NCBI GenBank assembly: GCA_903885085.1 | Contig: CAISHH010000154.1 | Coordinates: 1,694 to 65,693, forward strand | Origin: an uncultured Campylobacterales bacterium | GTDB lineage: Bacteria > Campylobacterota > Campylobacteria > Campylobacterales > Sulfurimonadaceae | Direction: 5' to 3' | Length of the DNA stretch: 64,000 bases | Shown here: one piece after another, positions 37,718 to 48,031 of the stretch | Position numbering within the stretch: position 1 is the stretch's first letter | Layout of the letters: every line of letters starts with the position of its first letter | Position numbers and translations under genes: made by a program | Notes under the pieces: generated by a model | What the model was told of the DNA's origin: nothing | The model's database searches: none | What the model saw: the letters and a program-made list of their open reading frames with translations, nothing else

Positions 37718-39850
37718 ATGAAAAATGTCAGTATCAGCAGAAAGATTCAGATACCCCTAATTATATCTATCCTCATCGGATTTGTGATTATTGCGATCAA
37801 CTATTTTTATTCTATCAACAATATGAAAGATGATATATATAAGAAAGAAAACAGTTCACTGCGTTCGCTCTATACTGATCTTTTTAATAGTAAAAAAGAT
37901 ATTGGCTTAACAAATGCTATTAACATCGCCGAAAACTACTATGCGATAAGAGCTTTAAAAGAAAACGACAGAACTATCGCAATGGACGGTCTTAGTTCTC
38001 TTTCCAAAACATTCAAAGACAATACTGATTTTAATAATGTGAAGATCCATATTCATGATGCCCATATCAAAAGTTTTCTAAGATCTTGGAGTCCCCAAAA
38101 GTATGGTGATGATCTCAGTGGCTTTAGAAAAAGTATAGTTCAAGTAAAAGAAACCAACAAACCTCTTGTGACTATAGAAGTAGGAAAAGCAGGACTAGTT
38201 CTTAGAGGTATCTCGCCTGTCATGGTATCAGGAGCTTATCTGGGCTCAGTGGAATTTATTCAAGGTTTAAACTCTATTATCAGTTCTGCAAAAAAAAGTG
38301 ACAATGTTGATATCATTGTTCTTCTTGATAATAAATATTTATCTACTGCAACAGATCTTAAAGATGCTCCTAAAGTAAATGATTTTACTCTTGCAGTGAA
38401 AAAAGAAGCTATAAATAGTTCCTTTTTTGATGAGCTTTCTGCTGTAGATCCTAAAGATGTTACATCACTTCAAAAATCAAAAAACTATTTTATCTCTTCT
38501 GTGCCTATCAAAGATTTTTCAAACAATGTTGTAGGCTATGCAATGGTTGGTAAACTTAAAACTGAAGTTGAAGCAACGATTCAAGATTCAGAGAGATCAT
38601 TACTAAGACAAATATTTATCGTCGCTTTGATAAATATTTTCATTGTATTATTTTTACTTTTTATCATCAAAAAAGCTGTTATTAATCCTATCGTCAATCT
38701 TGATAAAGTGGCAAAAGAGCTTACTATAGGAGATGCAGATCTTTCTAGGAGACTTCCGATTGTCTCACATGATGAACTAGGGAGTGCAAGTCAAAGCTTT
38801 AATGCCTTCTTGGACATCGTAGAGGGAATCTCGAATGAAGCCAAACGTGAAGCACTCAGAGCACAAGAAATATCTCAACAGATAGCAAAGGCTCAAGAAA
38901 AAAATGAACTAAATCTTAATCTTTCTCATGAGATGATCTCAGGTTCAGTCTCAAATGCAACAAATCTTCAAACAAGTATGAAAGATAATATTCAAAATGT
39001 AGACCAAGTCAATAAACTCAATGATGAAACGGGAGATATTATCACCAAAGTCACAAAGTCAACTGATGAGATTATCGATAATATTGCCCATATTACAGAG
39101 ATGATCAGTGATTCCAAAAACTCTGCAGATCAGCTTAATACAAATGTTGCAGAGATTTTTAATGTTATCACGCTCATCAAAGATATCTCAGATCAAACAA
39201 ATCTTCTAGCACTCAATGCTGCCATAGAAGCCGCGCGTGCTGGTGAACACGGAAGAGGATTTGCCGTTGTTGCTGATGAAGTAAGAAAACTTGCAGAACG
39301 CACGCAAAAAGCAACAAGTGAAGTGGAAGCCAATATCAGCGTCTTAAAACAAAACTCGATCGCCATGACAGAAAATAGTGAGAGAATCGATCTCTCTGCA
39401 TCAGAGTCTCAAAGCAAACTCGACGCATTTAAAATCACGCTCCACGAAATGATTCGAAATGTAAATAAAATCAAAGATGATAGTCAAAAAATAGGGTATG
39501 AACTCTTTGCAAATATGGCAAAACTCGATCACATGATCTTTAAATCTACTTCTTACTCAACAGTATTAGATGGAAAAGTAGATAAAAATCTTAATGATCA
39601 CCTTACATGTAATCTTGGAAAATGGTATAACGCGGAGGGCAGAGAGTTGTTTTCACATAGTTCTGCATTTACTACTATAGAAAAGCCGCATGCAACCATT
39701 CATGGAAATATCAAAAAAGCAATGGAGCTTCTCGAAAGAGGTAATGCAACGAATACAGAAATTGTAAATTTATTTAAAGAATCAGAATTAGCATCACAGG
39801 AGCTGTTTGGATATCTTGACTCAATGGTCAAAGATGCTAAAAAGGGCTAG
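37718..39850 (+). CDS. Methyl-accepting chemotaxis protein with Cache-type periplasmic domain and C-terminal CZB zinc-binding domain
   Basis: TM1, a ~265-aa periplasmic region ([21 protein letters not shown]...) and TM2, then HAMP. The MCP core follows ([34 protein letters not shown]). The C-terminal CZB pattern is DHMIFK...[11 protein letters not shown]...PHATIHG. Confidence 0.88.
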   Translation: MKNVSISRKIQIPLIISILIGFVIIAINYFYSINNMKDDIYKKENSSLRSLYTDLFNSKKDIGLTNAINIAENYYAIRALKENDRTIAMDGLSSLSKTFKDNTDFNNVKIHIHDAHIKSFLRSWSPQKYGDDLSGFRKSIVQVKETNKPLVTIEVGKAGLVLRGISPVMVSGAYLGSVEFIQGLNSIISSAKKSDNVDIIVLLDNKYLSTATDLKDAPKVNDFTLAVKKEAINSSFFDELSAVDPKDVTSLQKSKNYFISSVPIKDFSNNVVGYAMVGKLKTEVEATIQDSERSLLRQIFIVALINIFIVLFLLFIIKKAVINPIVNLDKVAKELTIGDADLSRRLPIVSHDELGSASQSFNAFLDIVEGISNEAKREALRAQEISQQIAKAQEKNELNLNLSHEMISGSVSNATNLQTSMKDNIQNVDQVNKLNDETGDIITKVTKSTDEIIDNIAHITEMISDSKNSADQLNTNVAEIFNVITLIKDISDQTNLLALNAAIEAARAGEHGRGFAVVADEVRKLAERTQKATSEVEANISVLKQNSIAMTENSERIDLSASESQSKLDAFKITLHEMIRNVNKIKDDSQKIGYELFANMAKLDHMIFKSTSYSTVLDGKVDKNLNDHLTCNLGKWYNAEGRELFSHSSAFTTIEKPHATIHGNIKKAMELLERGNATNTEIVNLFKESELASQELFGYLDSMVKDAKKG

Positions 39851-39859
39851 TCGCCCTTT
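39841..39859. terminator. Hairpin shared by two convergent stop codons
   Basis: AAAGGGC-TAGTC-GCCCTTT then TT. The loop contains both the MCP stop (39848-39850) and the stop of the minus-strand small ORF (39847-39849). Confidence 0.45.
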
Positions 39860-40035
39860 TTAAATCTACAAGAACCTACAGTAATTGTTTTACCGCTCTT
39901 GCAGATTTCTTTCACATAAGAGAGTGTGCCCTCGGCTGCTTCTTCTCCCACTTCTTCTTTTAGCATTCTCAGTAGATCTTCATCTCTTGTGATCTGCCAA
40001 GTTTTTTCATAGCTATACTGTGTAGCAATTTTCAT
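39847..40035 (-). CDS. Hypothetical small protein (62 aa from the ATG)
   Basis: The ATG at 40033-40035 lies 2 nt after the YceI-like gene stop. The track start at 40047 is a TTG inside that gene. No motif recognised. Confidence 0.45.
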   Translation of the reverse strand: MKIATQYSYEKTWQITRDEDLLRMLKEEVGEEAAEGTLSYVKEICKSGKTITVGSCRFKKGD

Positions 40036-40037
40036 AA

Positions 40038-40637
40038 CTATTGGCAATCTGCTTGAATATTCATATTAAAACTGATAGTAACATCTGACCATGTTTTGCC
40101 TTTATGTAGATCATAACATGCTTTGTTAATAGAGGAAAGAGCACCAAGCGCTTTATAGTCACCAAGGTCAATCACACCATCAGCTTGTAAGACACCCTTT
40201 TCATAATTAAATTTCATCTCTGCTGGATGGGAAACATTATTCATCTTGATATCTACAAAGACTACTCCTGTAGTTTTTCCTGTTGCATCCACTTTATCAA
40301 CCTTAAGATCAGTGATTTTTGCCAAGATCTCTTTTTGAGTCATTGTGTTAAAGAAAAAATCAACTAGTTTTTTATCACGCGCCGGATTTGCGCTATCGAC
40401 ACTTCCTGTATTGATATTGACTGTTGCACCTTTTAAAAGAGTTGAGAGATCTTTTGCAAATTTGGTGTTATTTACATACTCGACATTATTAAATTCACCG
40501 CCGACTCCGATTTTGAGTGGTGTCTTATAAGCTTGAAAGCCAACTATAATATCTCCATTTTGCCCATACTCACACGTACCGAAAAGTGAACTTGACAATA
40601 AAACCGCTGTGACAACGCTTATTAAACCTTTATTCAT
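40038..40637 (-). CDS. YceI-like periplasmic protein
   Basis: Signal peptide plus the YceI pattern (FQAYKTP...VNINTGSVDSANPARDKKLVDFFF). Confidence 0.7.
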   Translation of the reverse strand: MNKGLISVVTAVLLSSSLFGTCEYGQNGDIIVGFQAYKTPLKIGVGGEFNNVEYVNNTKFAKDLSTLLKGATVNINTGSVDSANPARDKKLVDFFFNTMTQKEILAKITDLKVDKVDATGKTTGVVFVDIKMNNVSHPAEMKFNYEKGVLQADGVIDLGDYKALGALSSINKACYDLHKGKTWSDVTISFNMNIQADCQ

Positions 40638-40832
40638 GGCTGACTCCTATTATTTTTTACACATATTATATGCTTTATTTCTTAATTATAAACTAATATA
40701 TATATTAAGCCTTACTTATAAGGTTATTTAGATATAATTCCATTCCGCAAAAAAATGGCGGTAAAATTTAACTAGGGCACCTCTAAACTCTATGCGTAGA
40801 GTTGAGTCGTGTCCTTAAGCAATGGGATTTAC

Positions 40833-42458
40833 ATGCAAGAAGAAACACAAATTCAGGAAACTGAAGCACCAACTATAACTTTTGAATCATTCGGATTCAA
40901 AAAAGATTTACTAAGAGCTATCGATCACGCTGGCTTTAAAGTACCAAGCCCTATCCAAGCAGAAGCTATACCTTTAGTTATGCAAGGTCGTGATATTGTT
41001 GGACAAGCACACACAGGTACAGGTAAAACTGCAGCATTTGGCTTACCAGCATTAAATATGATGGATATGAAATCAGGCGTTGAAATTCTTGTTATCACTC
41101 CGACTCGCGAACTTGCAACTCAGGTAAGTGATGAACTTTTCAAATACGGACGTAACCTAGGCGCAAACACTGTAACAATATTTGGTGGTAGTTCATACAA
41201 CCGTCAACTTGACCTTATCAAACGTGGCGCACAAGTTGTTGTTGCTACACCAGGTCGTTTACTTGACCTTTTAAAACGCAATATGCTTACCAACTTCGCT
41301 CCAAAAATCGTTGTTTTGGATGAAGCGGATGAGATGCTAGATATGGGATTTTTGGATGATATCAATGAAATCTTCACATATCTTCCAACAAGTCGTCAAA
41401 CATTACTATTCTCAGCAACTATGCCTGCACCAATTAAAGTTCTTGCAGAGCGTATTTTACAAAACCCTGCGTTTGTTTCTATCACTAAAGGTGAAACAAC
41501 AAACAAAGATATTACTCAAGAGTATTATGTTATCGAAGAGAGCGAGCGTGATGCTGCAATCATCCGTTTGATGGAATCTGAAGACATGGATAAAGCGATC
41601 GTATTTTGTCGTACAAAACGCGAAGTTGATCGTCTTGCAAATGTTCTTTCAGCTGCAGGATTTATCGCAAACGGTCTTCATGGAGATATGGAACAACGTC
41701 AACGTGAAACTGTTATCAAAGCTGTAAAAGCTGGAAATGTACAAGTTCTTGTAGCAACAGACGTTGCGGCGCGTGGTATACATGTAAATGATATCACTCA
41801 CGTATTTAACTACCATATTCCTTTTGATCCTGAGAGTTATGTTCACCGTATCGGGAGAACTGGCCGTGCTGGTAAAGAGGGAAAAGCGATCACTTTACTA
41901 ACTCCTTTAGAGTTTAAAGAATTGCAACGTATCAAAGCTAAAGTTGGAACAACTATGGCTCACGCTTATATTCCAAGTAAAAATGATATGAAAAAATCAA
42001 CTATCGATACTTTGGTTGCTTCAATCGAAGAACAACATATTTTTGATGAAGCGCATATGATTTTAGACAAACTTAAACAAGATATTGATGAAGAAACAAT
42101 GCTTTTCAAAATGATCTCTATGTTATTAGAAAAACAATCAATCCAAGGGCCAAACAACATCGGTATTCCTGCTGATAGACTTGAAGGAATTCTTGCTCGT
42201 ATCAATAACCGTGGAAACGACAGAGGTGGCGATAGAAATCGTGGCGGCGGACAACGTCGTGGCGGATACAGAGGCAACAACAGTAATAGTAGCCGTCCAA
42301 GCGGAAGCGGTGACAGAAGCCGTTCTGATAGAGACAGAAACAGTGCTGGCGGAGATCGTCCAAGTGGAAGTCGTCCAGACAGAGCTCCACGTGGAGATCG
42401 TCCTGCAGGTGACAGAAACCGTCCAAGCGGCGATAGAAATCGTGGACCAAGAGCGTAA
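40833..42458 (+). CDS. DEAD-box ATP-dependent RNA helicase with Gly/Asp/Arg-rich C-terminal tail
   Basis: Q motif (FESFGF...PSPIQ), AHTGTGKT, PTRELA, DEAD (VLDEADEM), SAT, ARGIH, HRIGRTGRAG. The tail has repeated GDR/RGG units. ATG 40833 is preferred to the track GTG at 40809, but the start is uncertain. Confidence 0.92.
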   Translation: MQEETQIQETEAPTITFESFGFKKDLLRAIDHAGFKVPSPIQAEAIPLVMQGRDIVGQAHTGTGKTAAFGLPALNMMDMKSGVEILVITPTRELATQVSDELFKYGRNLGANTVTIFGGSSYNRQLDLIKRGAQVVVATPGRLLDLLKRNMLTNFAPKIVVLDEADEMLDMGFLDDINEIFTYLPTSRQTLLFSATMPAPIKVLAERILQNPAFVSITKGETTNKDITQEYYVIEESERDAAIIRLMESEDMDKAIVFCRTKREVDRLANVLSAAGFIANGLHGDMEQRQRETVIKAVKAGNVQVLVATDVAARGIHVNDITHVFNYHIPFDPESYVHRIGRTGRAGKEGKAITLLTPLEFKELQRIKAKVGTTMAHAYIPSKNDMKKSTIDTLVASIEEQHIFDEAHMILDKLKQDIDEETMLFKMISMLLEKQSIQGPNNIGIPADRLEGILARINNRGNDRGGDRNRGGGQRRGGYRGNNSNSSRPSGSGDRSRSDRDRNSAGGDRPSGSRPDRAPRGDRPAGDRNRPSGDRNRGPRA

Positions 42459-42461
42459 GCT

Positions 42462-42836
42462 ATGAAAATCTACGAGGATGACGACTTTTTTATCGAGAGT
42501 GAAAAAAGTGAGATTCCTTGGCTGAAGATCTTTACAAAAATAGAATACAAAGAGCTAAGTGAGCTTCCAAAGCCGCTTCGACTCAAACTCTTCGAACTCT
42601 ACGATATCGTAGAGCTAGAGATGCTTTTCTACTTCAAACCACACAAAATCAATATGGCTTCTTTTGCAAATATCCTCCCGCGTGTACACTTACATGTAAT
42701 GGCAAGATATCAAAATGACAGTTATTTTCCAAATCCAATGTGGGGAGAAAAACAGCGCGAAGCGAAACTGGAACTTCCAGAATTTGAACTGTTTTATGCA
42801 AAACTACAAAAAACTCTTGAAGGATTTAATTCTTAA
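42462..42836 (+). CDS. HIT-family protein
   Basis: 124 aa with the histidine triad in LPRVHLHVMAR. Confidence 0.7.
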   Translation: MKIYEDDDFFIESEKSEIPWLKIFTKIEYKELSELPKPLRLKLFELYDIVELEMLFYFKPHKINMASFANILPRVHLHVMARYQNDSYFPNPMWGEKQREAKLELPEFELFYAKLQKTLEGFNS

Positions 42837-43161
42837 ATCGAAATCCAAGCTCTTGTAAATTAGTTTTTAATTTCTCTTGCGCTTCACCTTGAAACTCCAT
42901 CCAGCCATCTTTATAAGTTCCACCGCAGGCAAGCTTTTTCTTTAGAGTTTTTAGTGTCTCATTCCCATCATCTTCATTTAGAAAAAATTCACCGACAAGC
43001 GTCACAACTTTCCCTCGACGTTTCTCTTTTCTAAAAACTAGAAAGTGCTTCGATGGTACTTTTATTTCTTCTGCAACTTCACTTCTTCGCTCAACTATTT
43101 CACTCCAGCCAGCATCTATCTCAGTACCTATGAAGAGATCAAGCTTTGTTCCTCGAGACAC
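42826..43161 (-). CDS. yciH: Translation initiation factor SUI1/YciH family
   Basis: 111 aa. KRRGKVVTLV...LKKKLACGGTYKDGWMEFQGE...L..LGF is the SUI1 domain pattern. Confidence 0.82.
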   Translation of the reverse strand: MSRGTKLDLFIGTEIDAGWSEIVERRSEVAEEIKVPSKHFLVFRKEKRRGKVVTLVGEFFLNEDDGNETLKTLKKKLACGGTYKDGWMEFQGEAQEKLKTNLQELGFRFKN

Positions 43162-43163
43162 TG

Positions 43164-43988
43164 TTAAAGAACCTTTTGAGCTAAAACACTCATTCCTTCA
43201 GCCTCATATTCACCTGCTACTACTTTAGACATAATTGGATTTTTACAGTAAAGGTTGTTGTCATATAAAGCCACGATCACCTCATCTCCACTTTGTAAAA
43301 ATGTATGCTCTCCATATTCAGTATAGCGAGTAGCACCTATTGAGATAATCATCTCCGGCGGATATGAAGCCTCTTTGATAAGCGCTAAAACATCCTGAAG
43401 CGGTCCAAAATCTTTTTGCGTATTGATCTGATTTTTTATCCAGTCCAAAAGTGTTTCATGAAAATAACTGTATCCTGTGAGTGCTACATCTTCGCCATAA
43501 CGAAAAACGTTCCCATCTCTGCGTAAAAAGCTACAGATACGATAGTTGTCGATATTTGAACCCTCTTTGAAACTCTCTATCTCGATGAGTTTAGAACTGA
43601 TCCCTTTAGAAGAAGCACCCCAGTTCTTTTTGAGACTAATCTTTGGAGCATTTTTTCTAAGCGAAGTGTCATTGTAAGCAGCAAAATGTGTAGGTATTAT
43701 AGAAGCTATCTTTCCATCTTCATAAACTATCTTACATATAAGCCCTACTTCGGGTTCTGCCTGGACGTTTACAACTGCATCAGGGAGAGCAATGGTATCA
43801 TTTGAAAGCGGATACGTTCCCAAAAATGTAGAATTATTTGGAATATAAAAGGGAAAGATCCCTTTTGGAGCGGCTTCATCTGCTGTGATAATATCTTTAA
43901 AATCTTCAAGCTCGCCAGCTTGCTTCAAATGAAGTGCAAAGTTTCCAGCGATTCCTAAACCTAAGAAATTTTTATAATCTTTCTCCAA
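43164..43988 (-). CDS. Conserved hypothetical protein (possible fumarylacetoacetate-hydrolase-like fold)
   Basis: 274 aa. Weak pattern similarity to FAH-family motifs (GIAGNFALHLKQAGE; AEPEVGLICKI; YNDTSLRKN; KNWGASSKG). Not verified. Confidence 0.35.
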   Translation of the reverse strand: MEKDYKNFLGLGIAGNFALHLKQAGELEDFKDIITADEAAPKGIFPFYIPNNSTFLGTYPLSNDTIALPDAVVNVQAEPEVGLICKIVYEDGKIASIIPTHFAAYNDTSLRKNAPKISLKKNWGASSKGISSKLIEIESFKEGSNIDNYRICSFLRRDGNVFRYGEDVALTGYSYFHETLLDWIKNQINTQKDFGPLQDVLALIKEASYPPEMIISIGATRYTEYGEHTFLQSGDEVIVALYDNNLYCKNPIMSKVVAGEYEAEGMSVLAQKVL

Positions 43989-44012
43989 AACAGATCCTTT
44001 TTTTAAAAAGTT

Positions 44013-45626
44013 TTATACGTAATCTAGTGTACCGGCGTGCTTCGCTTCAGCATACTCTTCATAAGTGCCTTTAAAATCTATATATCTTCCATCAGGCATA
44101 ATCTCGATAATACGATTTGCAAATGCATCAAGTAGTTCACGGTCATGTGACACACAGATAACATTTCCTTCAAAGTTGAAAAGTCCTTCACCGAGTGCAA
44201 CGATAGCTTCAAGGTCAAGGTGGTTACTTGGCTCATCGAGAACTAAAAAGTTTCCTTGTTCAAGCATCAACTTTGAAAGCATCATTCTATGTTTTTCACC
44301 ACCTGAGATTTTTTCAACAGATTTTTCTTGTTGTTCTCCAGAAAAAAGCATACGTCCCAAACAATTTCTTATCTCTGAGATATCACGTTTTGGATCGTAT
44401 CCACGTAACCACTCATACAATGTTCCATCACCAGAGATTTGATCTGCAGTATCTTGAGGAAAGTAACTTTGCTCAACAGTTGCGCCCCATTGTACAGTTC
44501 CTGAACTCGGTTTTATCTCTTCCATGATCACTTTACATAAAGTAGTTTTACCGACACCATTTCCGCCGATAAGCGCTATCTTTTCACCCGGCTCTATTCT
44601 GATGGTCATATCTTTTAAAACATCCAAATCTCCATATGAGAGAGAAATGTTTTCTACTACCAAGGCTTCATCGCCCATCTGACGTTTTGCTTTAAAGACG
44701 ATACTTGGATCACGGCGAGAAGATGGTTTGATATCTTCTATAGTTAATTTATCAAGTTGTTTTTGTCTTGAAGTTGCTTGTTTTGCTTTCGATGCATTTG
44801 CGCTAAAACGGCGAACGAAAGCTTCTAAATCCTCTTTTTCTTTCACTTTTTTAGCATTGTCAGCTTCCATTTGACTCGCAATCACATTTGCCGCAAGATA
44901 CCAGTCATCATACGTTCCAGTAAACTCACGAATTTTTTGATAATCAACATCTAAAATGTGTGTTACAACAGAGTTCAAAAAGTGTCTATCATGAGAGATA
45001 ACGACAAGTGTTCCCTCGTGGCGTTGCAACTCATTTTCTAGCCAAGCAATTGACTCCATATCGAGGTTATTCGTAGGCTCATCGAGGAATAAGATATCAG
45101 GTTTTGGAAATAAAACCTGTGCAAGTAAAACTTTAAATTTATCAGAACTTTTCAAACTTGACATAAGGTCATAATGATGCTCAGAACCAATCCCAACGTT
45201 TTCTAAAACTTTTGCTATATTGATCTCATACTCGTAAGTCGGATCTTCTTCAACAGAGATCATCTCTAATTCTGCCAGACGATTATTTACAGCATCATCT
45301 TCAAAATCGCCTGTCTCGTAAAGCTTTTCTTTCTCTTTAACTGCGTCATATAAACGTTTGTTTCCAAATAAAACAGCGTCCATAATGGTGTAGTTTTCAT
45401 AAGCAAACTGGTTTTGTCCCAAAGTCCCGACTTTAAGACCTGAACCAATGATGATATCACCTTCGTACTCTTTATTTTCACCACTGAGGATATTTAAAAA
45501 AGTTGTTTTTCCAGCACCGTTTGCACCGATAAGACCATATCTTTTATGACGGTCAAGTTTAATATTGATATTTTCAAATAGGATTCTATTTCCGAATCTT
45601 TTCGTGAGTTTTATTGTTTTTAGCAT
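44013..45626 (-). CDS. ABC-F family ATPase (two ABC domains, no TM)
   Basis: Two Walker A motifs (GANGAGKTT, GGNGVGKTT), two signatures (SSDKFKV.., SGGEKHRMMLSKL) and two Walker B motifs (LFLDEPTNNLD, LVLDEPSNHLD), plus a charged linker. ATG 45626 (MLKTIKL) is preferred to the track start at 45653. Confidence 0.9.
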   Translation of the reverse strand: MLKTIKLTKRFGNRILFENINIKLDRHKRYGLIGANGAGKTTFLNILSGENKEYEGDIIIGSGLKVGTLGQNQFAYENYTIMDAVLFGNKRLYDAVKEKEKLYETGDFEDDAVNNRLAELEMISVEEDPTYEYEINIAKVLENVGIGSEHHYDLMSSLKSSDKFKVLLAQVLFPKPDILFLDEPTNNLDMESIAWLENELQRHEGTLVVISHDRHFLNSVVTHILDVDYQKIREFTGTYDDWYLAANVIASQMEADNAKKVKEKEDLEAFVRRFSANASKAKQATSRQKQLDKLTIEDIKPSSRRDPSIVFKAKRQMGDEALVVENISLSYGDLDVLKDMTIRIEPGEKIALIGGNGVGKTTLCKVIMEEIKPSSGTVQWGATVEQSYFPQDTADQISGDGTLYEWLRGYDPKRDISEIRNCLGRMLFSGEQQEKSVEKISGGEKHRMMLSKLMLEQGNFLVLDEPSNHLDLEAIVALGEGLFNFEGNVICVSHDRELLDAFANRIIEIMPDGRYIDFKGTYEEYAEAKHAGTLDYV

Positions 45627-45809
45627 CTTCTTCTCTCTTATTGGTATCACCAAAAATTTGGCAATTAAATTATCGCGATTATATCTAAGAGATCATTAAT
45701 AGGCCATTAAACGCTAAATTATAGACCGGATTTTACAAAAAAATACTGCAATCAAAGCGTAACAATCCAATATTAGAATGCGCTCAAATTTGTATTGGAG
45801 TATTTCTAA

Positions 45810-47426
45810 ATGCTAAAAAATCTAAATGTCAAAACAAAACTGATCTTATTAGTTGGTATCGCAATAACTGGAATGATTCTCATCATTGCTATTGGACTTT
45901 ATGCAAGCAGCAATATGAAAGCCAGTATGGACACTGTTATGATCCAAGACCAGCAAACGAGACTGGCAGAAAAGCTACGTATGTCAATATTGAAAATGCA
46001 GAATAATGAAAACAATACTATTTTGGTAAAGACCTTTAGTGGTAAAGATGAGTATGCGACAGCTTTTGAAAAAAATAGAACCGATTTTAATAACAATATA
46101 AAGCAACTAAAAAGTATTTCTCAATCAAAAAATACACAATATATCTTGGCTTGTGAAAAATATGTCAATAACGAATATGCACCGGTATTTAAACAAATCT
46201 ATACTGCAACAAAATTTGGTGATGATCATGGTGCTTTGGATTTGAGTGAAACCGAAGCAAAGCCAATCATAGAAAAATGTAATAAAGCACTTGACATTAT
46301 CATTAGTAATAATGAAAAAAACCTAAAAGCCGCAACAGAAGATAGTGCCGCGCAATACATCTTTGGCAGAAACTCTATCATTATGATCTCTATTTTGTCT
46401 CTTGTTATCTCGGTTGTCGTAACATTTATTATTGTTACGCTAATTATAAACTCACTTGTCACTATTCAAAGTGCACTTGATTCATTTTTCAAATTTCTCA
46501 ATCGTCAGACACACAAAGTAGAATCGATTGAACTTCATCTAGAAGATGAGTTTGGTCAAATGGCGAAGATGATCAATGAAAATATTACACTTATAGAGAA
46601 AAGTTTTATTGCAGATTCAAATGTTGCCAAGGAGATGGTGCAAATTGCAGAGCAGATAACAAGAGGAAATTATTCTGTAAGAATCAAGAGTGACTCACCT
46701 ACAGAAAATATGCATCTTTTAAGAGATAGTATGAACAATATGCTTGCATCATCAGAAAACAATCTCGATAATGCAATTACAACACTTAAACATCTTGCAA
46801 ATGGAAAATTTGATGTAAGAAACAGTGTAAGTGTACAAGCAAATATGGGTGAACTCCTAGAAAATATCAATCTTTTAGGAGAATCTCTTCAAAATATGAA
46901 ATCCCAGAATGATGATTCAAATAAAACTATTATGGATTCATCCACGCGTCTTAATAAAACAATTGAAGAGATCACAAACACTACTGTCGTAGATTATAAA
47001 AATATGATCAATGATATAGTTGGCAAAGTATATAATGTATCTCAAAGAGAAAATAATCTGGTAGATAATCTAGATCAACTTACATTGCACGCAAAAGAAA
47101 CAAAGGCTATACTTCAAACAATCGGAGATATTGCAAACCAAACCAATCTCTTAGCACTCAATGCTGCCATAGAAGCAGCACGTGCGGGAGAACATGGGCG
47201 TGGATTCGCCGTGGTTGCAGATGAAGTCAGAAAGCTTGCAGAACGTACACAAAAAAGTTTAACAGAAACAACAAGTACTACAAATGTTCTCATTCAGTCT
47301 ATTTCCCATGTATCTGAGAGTTTAAACCAAAATGCAGAAGATGTAAATACTATATCAAATGAAGTAAGTGAAGTAAGCAATAAAATGGATGAAATTATAG
47401 TCGCACTTCAACACTTGAGCAAATGA
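45810..47426 (+). CDS. Methyl-accepting chemotaxis protein (helical-bundle sensor)
   Basis: TM1, a ~170-aa helical periplasmic region, TM2 and a long HAMP-like linker. MCP core [34 protein letters not shown]. Confidence 0.9.
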   Translation: MLKNLNVKTKLILLVGIAITGMILIIAIGLYASSNMKASMDTVMIQDQQTRLAEKLRMSILKMQNNENNTILVKTFSGKDEYATAFEKNRTDFNNNIKQLKSISQSKNTQYILACEKYVNNEYAPVFKQIYTATKFGDDHGALDLSETEAKPIIEKCNKALDIIISNNEKNLKAATEDSAAQYIFGRNSIIMISILSLVISVVVTFIIVTLIINSLVTIQSALDSFFKFLNRQTHKVESIELHLEDEFGQMAKMINENITLIEKSFIADSNVAKEMVQIAEQITRGNYSVRIKSDSPTENMHLLRDSMNNMLASSENNLDNAITTLKHLANGKFDVRNSVSVQANMGELLENINLLGESLQNMKSQNDDSNKTIMDSSTRLNKTIEEITNTTVVDYKNMINDIVGKVYNVSQRENNLVDNLDQLTLHAKETKAILQTIGDIANQTNLLALNAAIEAARAGEHGRGFAVVADEVRKLAERTQKSLTETTSTTNVLIQSISHVSESLNQNAEDVNTISNEVSEVSNKMDEIIVALQHLSK

Positions 47427-47472
47427 AATTTCCTTTTTGTTGGTGTCTTTAGTTATTAATTACTATTTTTTT

Positions 47473-47937
47473 TCAGTACGCTATTAAGTGCTTTTTGCAC
47501 TTTTTATATTTTAGACCAGAACCGCATGGACAAAGGTCGTTTCGCTCAATTTTTGAGTTGATAAAGCTCCCTTTGTCATATTCCCAGATTCCATCGCTTT
47601 TTATAAAATCACTTCTTTCATGAAGCAAAACGATTTCACTGTTTTCAAGATAATAGGCTTTAAATTCAACGATACCATCAAACTCATTTTGACTTGCATG
47701 TAGGAGTTCCAACTTCAGCCATTTCACATTTTTACAAAACTCTTCAATGAGTAAAATATCATCCTCGTATCTATGCTCTTTTGTCGCACTTTTTACAAGG
47801 TAACTTCCATCTGCTATCACATATGCGCTATAACGAGAGCGCATCAACTCTTCAGGGTTCAAAGCAATTTTTTCACCTGATATAACAGCTCCACAACACT
47901 CCTCAAAACTTTTATTTAAACCACAAAAACATTTCAT
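47473..47937 (-). CDS. ychJ: YchJ-family (UPF0225) protein with SEC-C motifs
   Basis: N-terminal CFCGLNKSFEECCG and C-terminal CPCGSGLKYKKCKKH flank an NTF2-like core. Confidence 0.75.
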   Translation of the reverse strand: MKCFCGLNKSFEECCGAVISGEKIALNPEELMRSRYSAYVIADGSYLVKSATKEHRYEDDILLIEEFCKNVKWLKLELLHASQNEFDGIVEFKAYYLENSEIVLLHERSDFIKSDGIWEYDKGSFINSKIERNDLCPCGSGLKYKKCKKHLIAY

Positions 47938-48031
47938 TTCAATCCATTTTGTTTTATTTTTTCATAAGCATTAAAGAAATAATATTATAGTATGATTAGC
48001 CTAGAAAATGTAATAAAATTGTAACAATAAA

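Noticed and set aside
42181-42465. Alternative-frame and antisense ORFs (42181-42465 on the plus strand, 42202-42450 and 41966-42280 on the minus strand) over the helicase C-terminus.
   Set aside because: They are products of the repetitive GDR/RGG-coding DNA. The helicase frame continues uninterrupted from conserved motifs.
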